A stretch of 64,000 nucleotides of DNA, from positions 18,724,001-18,788,000 of the forward strand of contig NC_045713.1 of assembly GCF_009834535.1 (NCBI RefSeq). Reading direction: 5' to 3'. The translations under genes and the position numbers were made by a program. Below, piece by piece: positions 34,281 to 45,871 of the stretch. This DNA is from Camelus ferus. Taxonomy: Eukaryota. How positions within the stretch are numbered: position 1 is the first letter of the stretch; every line of letters begins with the position of its first letter. Under the pieces are notes generated by a model. That model saw only the letters and a program-made list of their open reading frames with translations, searched no databases and was not told where the DNA came from.

Positions 34281-34359
34281 TTTAGTTGCTGTCTTCCTGA
34301 CATGGTTGGCTTGGGTCTCTTGGATTGATCTGCTGTGTCTCTGTGGTGAGGGCTACTCA

Positions 34360-34760
34360 CTATCCACCAAAATCCACTTAACCCTTCACCCCATGGGAAC
34401 ATGGCTGAATTACATTTCCCAACCTCCCTTGCAGTTAGGCATGGTCATCCAATATGTTTTCCCCAAAAGGATATGATGGAATTGATGTTTAGGACTTCTA
34501 GTCTTAGGCTTAAGAAGATGGGCAAGGCATGCTTTCTCCATGCTCTCTTTTCCTTCTGGCTAGTTAGAACTCAAGACAGCAGACATGCCCTAGTGAAAGG
34601 CAGAACGATGACTAGGAAGGGGCCTGGGTCCCTGAATGACGTGAGGTGCTGAGCTCCTCACTGACCACCACCACTTAACTTGGACATGTTCCATTAACCT
34701 GCTTTATTCTTTCAGAAACCACATTGTTGGATCTTTTGTTACAGCAGCATCACTTCACCT
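34360..34760 (+). mobile_element. MaLR LTR (MLT1-type, old)
   Basis: acatttcccaacctcccttgcagttagg..ttgttacagcagcatcacttcacctga, typical MLT1 motifs. Confidence 0.65.
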
Positions 34761-36640
34761 GATATAATGCAGGTGAAGTGTCTCTCATATGTTCTCCTCC
34801 ACCCTCCATTTTTGAGGGATTCTATTTTCCGGGATAGTTACTCTGTTTTATGTTTCAACATTTTATTAAATCAGTATCCCGGTTTTAATTTTTAAGGATT
34901 CAGTCTTGTACTCTAATTATTTCTTTTCATGGCATCCTGTTCTTATTTTAAGGAGGCCATATGTTCTCAAACTTCTCTAAGAATATCAGAATTTTCTTTC
35001 TTTTTTTGTATAAATTCTATTGCTTCTTCCAGGATTACTTTTCATTTTGTTCATGTACTTATGATGCTTTTGGCTGCAGTAACTAAAGATCAAACTTATA
35101 GGAAGTCCACAGGAGGAGACAGGTGGGATTCAGGGCCCACTGATCTGGTTTTCATAATTCCTCAAGGACCCCATGCTGTTTATTTCCATGCTCTGCACCC
35201 AAAACATTGTTAGCATCCTAGGGCTGGTTCTTCTCAGAGTTGTGGGATGTGTCCTTACTCATGGCTGGTGAGAAAAGAGAAGTCATTTGCCCTGTTATGT
35301 TTGTTTTTGTTTTTTGTTTTTTTGTTTTTTTAAGTAAGGAAGACCTTTCCATTAAGCTTATATCTCAGTGGCCAGAATTGGGTCACATTCCCTTTCCTGA
35401 CCCAACTGTGGGTGGAGGTGGTGGTTGTTGCTCTCAGACTCTCTCCTGGAGCTGCAGGAGGGTGTCAGTGCACTGATATGCAAGGTGGTGGCCTCTGAAA
35501 AAACCGTTAGGAAAGAGGGAGGCAAGATGGATGATTGGGTCAGTTTATCTGGATTTCAAGCTCAAGCGCTTTCAAGTTTCAGGGCTTTTTTGAATGTCTG
35601 GTATTTCTTTAAAGTCTATTCATACTTCAGGGTGAGCTCATGAAAAGCTATTTGGTGTTTTAGGTACCAGAGTAGAACTTCCCAAATTGAAGACTGAACT
35701 TTCCAGTTTTTCCTTTTTTTTTTTTTTAAGGGGAAAAAAACCTCTTGGATTAGGCTCAGAGTTTTTATCAGCAAGATCAAGTATCCAGAGCCTAGAAGAA
35801 AATGAGTCAATGCCTTCTAAGTTCTAAAGAAAATGATTTTTAGCCTAGAATTCTGTATCAAGCAAATGTGAGAATAAAGACATATTTAAGTGCAAGATTA
35901 TTTAGAAAGCTTATCTTCTTCTTAGGAAGTGACTTGAGGATGTGTTCCAGCAAAAATGAGGGGATAAGCCATGAAAGAAGAGGATGTGGGATGCAGGAAA
36001 CAGGGGACCCCACTTGGGAAGGAAATAGCCACCAGTCCCAGGATGAAGCTGTGTAGCCATTGGGAGATGCAGGGGGGCGGGTAGGCCACACAGAGCAAGC
36101 AATTAGGAAAAGCCATTAGAAACTTTAGAAAAAATTAAATGATGTATAGTTAAGAATGGGTAATCACAGTAAATTATTAGGCTGTGCACTGAACAATATT
36201 TATATAATCTTTAAAAGGAGAGAAAATTAGTAGCTCTTCATTTTTAGACTCAAACTCTGGACCAGATGGTGCTGATCTTGAATTTTGGAGATGATGGAAA
36301 TGTTCTGCTTTTGTGCTATCTGGTGCGGTAGCCATTAGCCACATGTGGTTTTTGAGCACTTGAAAGGTAGCTGGCTAGTTGCAGCCAAGGAACTGAATTT
36401 TAAATCTTAATGAGCTTTAATGAATTTAAATTAAAATAGCCCCGTGTGGCTAGTGACTGCTACATTGGACAGGCAGCTCTGGACAATGCAAAGAAGAGAA
36501 TGCGAGTTTTAGCTACTTTAAGCATTGCAACAATTAATGTACACATACCAGAAATTGGGCAGAAGAGAGATCAGGGATGGGAAGCCACAGAGTGATAATC
36601 ATGAATTTATAGCAGCCAATGTTTACATGGCACTCAGGGT

Positions 36641-37127
36641 CTTTTAAAAAAGAGACAACAGACCCAAAATAGAGTCACTTCTGTTAAGCCAAGTCACCAA
36701 AACCAAAACTTAATACCTAACTTAATTCAGCTTCTCCCAGGCGTGAAGTTTTAAATTAATCAGCATGGAAGTTCTTGATCAACACTGGTGGGGTAGTTTT
36801 CCTGATTAGACCCCAGCTTTTCCTGATCCCTGCCTCTAAGAGGTGTCCTTGCCTGAAATAATCCTTTTTTCTCTTTTGCTAATCGTCTCCTGGTCCTGCC
36901 CCATTTCTGCCAATAAAAGTCTTCCATGTACACAGCCCCTCAGAGTACCTCTCTGCTTACTAGGTGGGATGCTGCCTGACTCAGGATCATTTAATAAAGC
37001 TAATTAAGCTTTGAACAGTGTCAGTATCATAGCCAATGAGGTTTATCTGAGGCATGATTATTGCTAATTGAAAAAAAAAAGCCAATTAGATCCTCAAATT
37101 TACTCAATTGAATTGTGTTCTTTAACG
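36641..37127 (+). mobile_element. ERV1-type solo LTR (MER34/MER39-like) carrying a U4 insertion
   Basis: cccaaaatagagtcact..aataaaagtcttcc..gggatgctgcctgactc..aataaagc..aattagatc..tctttaac, resembling a MER34-class LTR. The family name is from memory. Confidence 0.6.
37007..37074 (+). pseudogene. 3'-truncated U4 snRNA retro-pseudogene (U4 nt 1-68)
   Basis: AGCTTTGAACAGTGTCAGTATCATAGCCAATGAGGTTTATCTGAGGCATGATTATTGCTAATTGAAAA matches the U4 5' end with mostly CpG-decay changes. A-run follows. TSD aaagc(t/c)aatta at 36996-37006 and 37078-37088. Confidence 0.92.
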
Positions 37128-37534
37128 GGTTGCTGGCACTGTTTCCAGTGCTCCCCCGGTCCAAAATCACTGAATCCTCGGGGCAAGGCTAGCCCATCTC
37201 ACAGATCAGCAACCTGAGGCACCGGAAGGTGACATTTGTTGCCCAGGGTCACACACTCAGTCAGTGGCTGAGCCTGGGTCTGGCCCCAGGAAGTCTGGCC
37301 CCAGAGTTCACTCCCTCAACCACTGTACCACTGCACCTGACAACTGATACTGAAAATGACCATGGGGAGCTATTATTTACAGCAACAAAAACAACTTTAG
37401 TGACAGTTACAAAGGGCCTAAAAAGAGGGTTATAGTTGACCTGGGAAGTGGGACAGGGCCAGTGGGTCAAATCCTCTTCCATTGGAGCTAGAAGCCAGTA
37501 GACAAGATGGATATATCAAGAAATAGCAGAACTT

Positions 37535-37624
37535 GGGGGAGGGTATATAGCTCAGTGGTAGAGCACATGCTTAGCATGCACAAGGTCCTGGGTTCAAATC
37601 CCAGTGAAAAAAAAGAAGAAAAAA
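37535..37624 (+). mobile_element. Camelid Vic-1-like SINE
   Basis: ggggagggtatatagctcagtggtagagcacatgcttagcatgcacaaggtcctgggttcaaatcccagt plus an A-rich tail. TSD aagaaatagcagaa on both sides. Confidence 0.88.
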
Positions 37625-39899
37625 AAGAAATAGCAGAATTAGCATATTGTTGAGGGATATTGTCGAAGGATATTGATATCTGTTGACCCACCAGAAGAAT
37701 TCAGTTAAAGGGATTAAAAATGGTTCCTTTCCAGGACCATGACTTGGGAGGGAAAGGGGAGGAGTATTACCATTCATGATAAACACCCTGTGCTTATAGT
37801 ATGCATTACCTTAATAAAAATTAAAAACCATTATGTTCAATGATAAATTAGTACATAAGTGTCTTTCTGATCAGATGGAAAGTGGGGACAAGGGCTGCCT
37901 GACTTGTCAATCCTGTTCCTGGAGAGGGTTGTGGATGAGAGGAAAGGGCCCCAGGCCTTGGGGGCCAGATAGGACGTCACAATTCATCTCTTACAGCATC
38001 AGTCATTATTTACCAGGCTCTTACTTAGGGACCCCTCACACTATCTAATTTAATCCTCCCAAGAACTTTGAAAAATAGCATTATTGTCCCTATTTACAGA
38101 TGAAAAAACAGGCAGAGAGATGACAGGACTAACCGAAGGCCACACAGACAGTAGGTGATGCAGCTCAGGTACCCAGACCCTTCTTCTGAGGCTTCCCTGG
38201 CCTTGGGTTTGGGGCAAGGAGGAGGCTCTCCCACTCCAGCTCCTGTCTGTCTGCGTGTCTGCCTGGAAACAGCTCCTCAGAGACCTGCAGAAGGTCAGAG
38301 CTCAAAGTCCAAACCCTAATGGGAGATGGGAGTCTGGGGAGGGAAGAAACACTACCTTCATTGAACACCAGTTGGTCGCATCAGTCCTGCACCTGAGAAC
38401 ATCTGATGACCTCGCATGACTTCCTGGAGGTCTGCGGGCTGGGTGGAGGCTTCAAAGTTTAAGGCACACCCAGTGCTCACGGCAACCCGTCCCTGCCTGG
38501 TCCCTTTCTGGCCTCCTTGCCTTCAAGGGCACAGTTCTTCAGCCTGATGCCCTCTTCCTTCTCTCTGCCAGAAGACTCCTTGTCAGCCAGTAAACGTCAC
38601 TGAGCACCTCTTGTGTACCAAGAACTGTCCAGGTTCTGGTGGCAGAGCAGCAAACAGACACACATCCATGCTCTCGTGGGGCTTATGTTCCAGCAGTGGC
38701 AGAGAGACAGAAACAAAATAAGAAAGGAAACAAGGCAGTGTATTAGGTGAGAAAGTGCCAGAGAGAGAAAGCGGGGGTGGGGGATGGGGTGTGTAGGCCA
38801 AAGGGAGGGGTACAATTTTAAACAGCCAGGCAAAGCCATTTAGATATCTGGGTGAAGAGGCTTCCAGAAGGGGCCACAGATGGCACAAAAGCCCCAGGGC
38901 TCAGATTCTCCAGGGACATCACGGAGGCCTGGGTGGCAGCAGCAGAGGGAATGAGGGTCAGAGTGGGTATGGCCTTGCCGTCCACTTTGAGGACTCAGGC
39001 TTTTCCTCTGAGTGGGGTGGGAGCTGTCTCAGGGTTTAGAGCAGGGGACGGGTGGGATCAGATGTTTGATCTGGGTCCTTCTGGCTGCTCCGTGGATAAG
39101 AGCCTGAAGGGAGGTGGGGAAAGACAAGGCATTAGGCTAGATGGGTAGCAGTGAAGGTGGGGAAGAGTAGTCAGATTCTGGATCTTTCTATGTTTTATAT
39201 GTTCTTGTATTTTGAAAAATTTCAAACACAGAGAAGTTACAAGAATGATACAGTCCACCCATTGACCCTTCACATGGCTTCATTACCTTTTTTTTTTAAC
39301 CTGCCCCTTTGTTATATGCCTGAGCACATGATAGGTGGGTGATGGAGTTACATTTTCAGTCCAGCATCTCCATACATCTTAAAAACTCCGTAGTTCTCAG
39401 AAGCTTTGTCTGGGTCCTCTTTGTTCCTGACTCTGGGGAAATATAATGACCCCACTCAGCATTTTTGTTGACGACTGCTAACTAGAGGCCTTTTTCTCTT
39501 CTTTTATGAGCACCCGAGACGAGATCTGAGATTTGCAAGATGGGCATTCCTGCTTTTTCATTTAATAGTTGAGTTCTTTTCAAATTTCAAGTGTGGGTTC
39601 CATCTCCAGTACCTCCTCTAAAAATCAATAAACCTAATTACCTCCCCCTCCTGCCAAAATAAAAAATAAAGTAATACAATAACAAATATCAGGTGCTAAA
39701 TAAATACAGGGAATTAATGACTCAGGAAAGTGTTAAAATATGTGAGGTTACTGATTTGTTATAAAAGTATGTAATGCAGGAACTGTAAACTGGAAGAGAT
39801 GCACAGGGAAGGTATGGGGAAAGGGACCGGAGCTTCCATGCCCCGCCCCCAGCACCTCTCCCGCACGTCTGTATTCACCCACCCGCAAGCTCCTTCACT

Positions 39900-41640
39900 G
39901 CATATTATTTTGCCCCATATGCTTTATTTTATCTCCTATATTTTTATTGTTATTATTTTGTATGTGTGTGTGAAACTATTTAAGAGGAACTTTCTGCATT
40001 GTGTACCATCAATCCTACATACTTCAAACATGTATTTCCTGCAAACTAGGAATATAACCATAATACATTTATCAAATTCAGGAAAGTTAATCTTAATTCA
40101 GTACTATTATATACTCTACGGTCTATTTGAATTTTGCCAGTTATCCCCATGGTCTCCTTTATAGCATTCTCCCCCGCCCCCAAATCTAAGACCCAATCCA
40201 GGATGCCATATTGCATTTAGTTGTCACATGTCTTTATTCTTTTAAGATCTGGAAGAATGTCTCTGGTTTTCTTTGTCCTTCCTAACACTGACATTTTTGA
40301 AGATTATAGGCCGGCTGTTTTGTAAAATGTCTTTCAATTTGGGTCTGCCTGATATTTCTTGAAACTTAGATTCAGGTTATGCATTTTTTGCTAGGACAGA
40401 AGTGATGCTGGGTCTTTCTCTATGCATCATACCTGAAGCCTCCATCACTGGTCATGTGAACTCTGATCACTTGGTTAAGATGATGTCTGTTAGTTTTCTC
40501 CACCGTAAAATTGCTACTTTTCCTTGGTAATGAATACGTAGCTTGTGGGGAAATAATTTAAGACTATAAAAATATCCTCTATGCACCCCTGACGTCGCTA
40601 CTCCAATTTCACCCAATGGTTTTAAACATCATTCCTACCTGAGTCAATTATTATCATGGTGGTTGTAAACTGGTCCTTTTTAAACTTTACATTCCTTCTA
40701 CAATTTTATGTTAGGTTTCCTACTGTAAAAGAACTTTCCCTATGCTCCTTCCTCCCTTCCACCTCCCTTCCTTCCTTCTTCACTCTGGGTCTCTCTAATA
40801 TTTTCAGAATCAATATGAACTCATGGGTTCTTTTTTCATTCAACGTGTTAGTTGATCACAGCCATTATTCATTCTGATGCTCAAGGTCCCCCTGCTTGGG
40901 CCGGAGGAGCTTCTTCAAGCTAGTTCCTTGTCCTTTGATACAGTTCCATCATTCTTGGAGCACTGCCTTACTTTCTGATGCAATAACATGTTCCAGGTTC
41001 TTCTTTCCTTTCCCCTCCTCCTTATTTACTTATTGAAGAATAATTGACCTACAACACTGTTAGTTCCAGGTGCACAACATAGTGGTTTGATATTTCATTA
41101 CATTACAAAATTTATCACCACGGCAAGTCTCATTACCATCTGTCACCACACTAAGTTACTACAATATTATTGACTCTATTCCCCTTGTGGTACATTTCAT
41201 CCCCATTAGTCTTTCTTTTTTTTTTAATGATGGCACTGGGGATTGAACGCAGGACCTCGTGCATGCTAAGCACACACTCTACCACTGAGCTGTACCCCCA
41301 ATTCCCCCCCCCTTAATTTTGTAACTGAATCTTCATACCACAAACTCCCTCATCTATTTCATCCATTCCTCCCACCACCTTCTCCTCTAGCAATCACCAG
41401 TTTATTCTCTGTATCTATGAGTCTGTTTCTGTTTCATTATGTTTGTTCATTTGTTTTGTTTTTTAGATTTCACATATAAATGAAATTATATGGTATTTGT
41501 CTTTCTCTGTCTGACTTATTTTACTTAGCACAATGCCCTCTAGGTCCATCCACATTGTCGCAAATGGCAAGATTTTGTTCTTTTTTAATGGCTGAGTAAT
41601 ATTCCAGTGTTTATATATACCACCTCTTCTTCCATTTATC
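39900..41640 (-). mobile_element. Nested old L1 (L1MC/ME-like) and younger L1 3' ends, with a Vic-1-like SINE at about 41210-41300
   Basis: Antisense L1 3'-UTR motifs. SINE head ggggattgaacgcaggacctcgtgcatgctaagc. Confidence 0.65.
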
Positions 41641-42737
41641 TATCAGTGGACACTTAGCCAGGATGTGGTTATCAGACACTAGCCCCATTTTGAAGGTAGA
41701 GAGTGCAGAATTTACAGATTGGATGTAGGCTGTAGGAGAAAGAGAAGTGATCCTATGCCCCTTAGCCTTTAAAGATGTTGCTTCTCTGCAGTCTTCTTAG
41801 ACACTCCCTAAGGCTGAACCTTGCCCCTATTTTAATGAGTATTCTATTATTTGAATTATTTATCCATAAGCATGTGTCTAAATGCAACATAGTTATTAAG
41901 TATCAGATGGCGGTACTATCTGGGAGATCCTTATTCTTGGCCTGGGGTCCTTAGACCAACATGGTTTTGGAGTTCATCTCTAGCGCTGGCTGGTTGTCTG
42001 AGCCTAGCCAATTCTCCTAACTGTTTTGTTTCTCAGTTTCTTTACCTGTTAAAGTTCAGGGAATGATCTGAATGATCAGAGTTGTTGTGAAGAGTAAGTG
42101 CTTTGTGAATGCAAAGTGCTGGCCCATTCGAAATGCCTAGGGCACATGACTTAACCTCCCTGTACCTTAGCTTCCTCACCTGTAAAATGGGCTTGCTATA
42201 AGGAGCAGCTGGAATCATGCGCAGAGAACCTTCAGTTCTGTACCTGGCCAACTGCTGCTACTGAATTTCTAAGTATTGTGTTTCTGCGATGTCTTGAGGG
42301 CAGGGCCCATTCCTTGTTCATATTTTCATCATCTCTCCCTCCACCCCAGGGTCTACACACTGTGCTGGTCAGATCGTTTCTTGAGTGCTTCAGGCCAGAG
42401 CCTGGACCCAGCGACATCCTCTCCACTCGCCCCAGAACTGAGGCTTAACATCGGGCCTGGGGAGTGTACCACTTTGTCAGCAGCAATTTAGTTGAAATGA
42501 CAGTTTTGTCAACAATGAATTTTGCTTCAGTGATTTTTTTTTAAAGGTTGAGAAATTGGGCATCTTTATGCCATCTTACAAACATTTTTTTAGATATATT
42601 GGAATTAAAATTTTTTTAACCTCCAGTTACTTTGCCGCCAATTGTTCCTACTTTTCTGTTTGCAACGACAAAATGTGGAAACAACCTAATGTCTTACAAT
42701 GGAATGGTTTCCTCCCTTCCTTCCTTCTTTTTGTTCA

Positions 42738-42863
42738 TACTATCTGATCTTTCTTTCTTTCTTTCTTTTTCTTTTTTTTTTTTTTTGGGCAGGGGAAGGT
42801 AATTAGGTTTATTTATTGATTTAATGGAGGTACTGGGGATTGAACCCAGGATCTTGTGCATGC
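42738..42863 (-). mobile_element. 5'-truncated Vic-1-like SINE
   Basis: Flanked by the 16-bp TSD tccttctttttgttca (42722-42737 and 42864-42879). Confidence 0.8.
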
Positions 42864-44149
42864 TCCTTCTTTTTGTTCAGTTAAAAAAAAAGGAAAGTGA
42901 GAGAACGTATATACAATAAAATTGAATACTATAATAACATACATGTGTATATGCATGTATAGCCATTGTTACAACTGTCTATCTGGTGGCAGACGTACAG
43001 AGCCTTTTCACTTCATACACTCCTGCCTGCTGGGAGAGGCAATCCAGCCTGGCCCTGAGCATCCCTGCATTCTCACTGATATGCCAATACAAGGTCCTGG
43101 ATGCTCTGTATCCAGGCCATCTCTCAGGGTTGAGTAACCCTGTGGGGGTGAAGTAACATCTCCCTTCAGGACAAATAGCAGGCTCAAAAAGGGGGAAATT
43201 CCCCAAGCTCAGTGTTCCTCAGCTGTGAGGCCAGCCCCTCTGTGTCAGCCCTGTGGGACTCAGGGGCAAGCGGAACTGAAGCAGACCCAGTGTCCCTGCC
43301 GTTAGCTGAGCGATGAGTAGTGGGTTCCTGTGTCTCTGACCCAGGAATCTCACATCTTTGTCAGACTAACTCGTTAGCTTATGAGTGGGATACAATCCCA
43401 GGCCTTGACGTTGGCCTCTTTCAATCATCTTTCATGTACATGTATTATTACTTTCAAACATGAAAGTCAGTTTTGATTTTTTTTTAAAAGAAAGGCACCT
43501 GCCTCCCCAAACCATACACATATCAAAAGTCAAAGCTCATACCTACCCAAAAATCTTGGTAATATCTCAGTAGATACTTATCCAGACTATCTTCCATGTA
43601 GATTCCCACATTTTCATTAGTCTTCTGTAAAAATAAGATCATAGCGTATACAGTGCCTAATAACCACCTGGATTTAGTCAGGCGGTCCACAACTGGGGGC
43701 CATTGTGGTAACCACCCCACATCAGCTTCTTGGGAAGTCAAGAGCCCACCAGGGATTTCACACAGCTTGCAAAGGCTTTCGCTGCCATCACCCAGAGTTG
43801 GGGGCTTCCTCTTGCCCCTGTACTTCCTGGGAGCTCTCAGGGCAGAAAAAGTGCTAGCTTTGGGTCCTGGCTTAACAGCTGGGGGACCACAAATGCAAAG
43901 GAAACCACCTACTCCTCCCATCTCCTCCTCTGCACCCCCTGGGTCTCAAGCACACATTTCCATCACCCCTGCTCTGACTCTATCCCCGCTTCACCCCTTG
44001 GCATCCCATTTCTCCAGCAAGACCCAGGCATCCTCATTCCAGACCCCACCCACCATCCCCACCGGCCTCAGCTGAGACCTAAAGCCCCTGTCACCATCAC
44101 AGACCCTGAGAGAGTAAGTGATGCCACTCTCATTGTACGGCAATGTGGG

Positions 44150-44294
44150 AGCATGGCGGGTGGGGCAGGATGCTGGCGTGGGTGGAGCCAGGGCCACTTC
44201 CTTTCCCCTTGGGGCCCTGTCCGCCAGTCTTGCCCCAGCTTCAGGAGGAGTTGGAGCAGCCTGGCCCCAGCCCTGTGCGTTATCGAGTGAGCTG
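44150..44294 (+). promoter_or_regulatory. SPN promoter and non-coding exon 1
   Basis: GGGTGG box at 44180-44185 and ETS-type CACTTCCTTT at about 44195. Donor CTG|GTAAGA at 44294/44295 and acceptor CTCAG|G at 44652/44653 give a 358-nt intron. This matches the two-exon CD43 layout. Confidence 0.65.
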
Positions 44295-44686
44295 GTAAGA
44301 GATGTGACTTGGTGGGTAGGAGCCTCAGTGGAGCTGGGAATGTGCCTCTGGCTTGACGGGTATCAGGAAAGGAGGATGAGGAGCCAATGGGATTGAATAG
44401 GGTCAGGCCAGGCAGGGAGCAGGTGGCTGTTGCTGGAGAGCAAGCTGCCATGGCCTGAGGGGGCCTATGGGCTAGAGCTGATGGGGGAGCGGCCAGTATC
44501 TGTTCCTTTGTTATTTCTGATACTATTCAAAGCACCGGTGGAAAAAGCCGTTGAACCGCAGATTTCGCCCAGCAGTTAGCAGGGAAGTGGGCAGTCCTCC
44601 TCCCATCCCCAGCGCCTTATGTGTTCTATTTCTCCAACTTCCCCCCCCTCAGGTCCCAACTCCTGCTCATGCCTGTGGCCTTGGAA

Positions 44687-45871
44687 ATGACCCTCCTTCT
44701 CTTCCTCTTTGGGAGTGTCTGGGTCCAAACCGTGAGCCCAGAGAACATAACTACTTCGCCAATGTCTGAATCCAGCACGTTATCTGGTTCTTCGACCTCA
44801 AATATCCATGAGACCACAACATTCACCTCATTGACATCCCATCTTACAAAGGTGGTTGACAGCACTGTGCACCCGACCTTCCCACCTTCCTCAACTTCTG
44901 ATCCAGCCAGTGAGTTTTTATCCACTCTTGGGACTTCCCCTGCTGCCAGCAGTGACCTTGCTGCACCGAGGTTAATAAGCTCCCAGGAGCTTATGACCAA
45001 GAATTCATCGGTGCTCCCGGAAATCTTGGAAGCAACCAGTGTGCCTGCCCACCCAGTAATGGACTCTTCAGAATCCCACACTGTCACTGATACAATCATG
45101 GCAACTAGCTCTCTGGAGACCTTCAGTGGGACCAGGGGACCCTCTCTGATCACGGCAACTAGCTCTCTGGAGACCTCCAGTGGGACCAGGGGACCCTCTG
45201 TGACCACGGCAACTAGCTCTCTGGAGACCTCCAGTGGGACCAGGGAACCCATCACCACGGCAACTAGCTCTCTGGAGACCTCCAGTGGGACCAGGGGACT
45301 CTCTGTCACCACGGCAATTATCTTTCTGAAGCCCTCCATGGGGACCCGTGGCTCCACCATCTTTGGGGAAAAAATAGTCACCATAAGCAGTACATCCTTC
45401 CCCAAATTACATCCGGGGACAAATGTCACCCTGCTGGTGAGTGTGCTGCTGGTGGCCCTACTGGTGATCATTGTCCTCCTGTGCCTACTCCTGCTATGTG
45501 TCCGATGGAAGAAGCAGAGGACAGGAGTCCTGACACTAAGCAGGGGTGGGAAGCGCAACGGGGCAGGAGATGCCTGGGCTGGGCGAGCACAAGTGTCTGA
45601 CGAGGAGGCCATGATAAAAACAGACGGAGTGTCTAGGGCTGACAAGGGCTCCGGGGTCCCCCAGGGAGAGGGGTCCGACCAGCGGTCTACACTCACCACT
45701 TTCTTGAATACACAGAAGTCTCATCAGGACTCCCTGCCGTTGGAGGATCTAAAAGCCCAGTCAGCCTCCAGCCTAAATGGGGAGAAAGAGCCACTGGTGG
45801 GCAGAGAGGACGGGGCTGTGGAAGCCTCTGTTCCTGATGGGCCAGAAGCGAGAGATGTGAAGGCCCCTTAG
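44687..45871 (+). CDS. SPN: Leukosialin / CD43 (sialophorin), single coding exon; in-frame upstream ATG at 44669
   Basis: Signal peptide MTLLLFLFGSVWVQ, Ser/Thr-rich mucin ectodomain with 18-aa repeats, TM segment LLVSVLLVALLVIIVLLCLLLLC, and tail ..RTGVLTLSRGGKRNG..DAWAG..TLTTF..EPLV... It lies directly upstream of QPRT, as expected. Confidence 0.95.
   Translation: MTLLLFLFGSVWVQTVSPENITTSPMSESSTLSGSSTSNIHETTTFTSLTSHLTKVVDSTVHPTFPPSSTSDPASEFLSTLGTSPAASSDLAAPRLISSQELMTKNSSVLPEILEATSVPAHPVMDSSESHTVTDTIMATSSLETFSGTRGPSLITATSSLETSSGTRGPSVTTATSSLETSSGTREPITTATSSLETSSGTRGLSVTTAIIFLKPSMGTRGSTIFGEKIVTISSTSFPKLHPGTNVTLLVSVLLVALLVIIVLLCLLLLCVRWKKQRTGVLTLSRGGKRNGAGDAWAGRAQVSDEEAMIKTDGVSRADKGSGVPQGEGSDQRSTLTTFLNTQKSHQDSLPLEDLKAQSASSLNGEKEPLVGREDGAVEASVPDGPEARDVKAP
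45098..45364 (+). repeat. 54-bp coding tandem repeat in SPN (5 units)
   Basis: Units start at 45098, 45152, 45206, 45257 and 45311 (TATSSLETSSGTRGPSVT consensus). Unit 3 is 51 bp and unit 5 is degenerate. Confidence 0.92.

Noticed and set aside
37535-37610. tRNA-like sequence as a tRNA gene
   Set aside because: It is the head of a Vic-1-like SINE, with an A-tail, TSDs and many dispersed copies.
44621-44668. N-terminal extension of the SPN ORF (MFYFSNF..)
   Set aside because: It begins at a GTG inside intron 1, upstream of the acceptor at 44652.
45098-45364. Regular direct repeats as a CRISPR-like array
   Set aside because: Eukaryotic coding tandem repeat with no unique spacers.
44626-45699. 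357-aa minus-strand ORF
   Set aside because: Antisense shadow of the Ser/Thr-rich SPN repeat exon.
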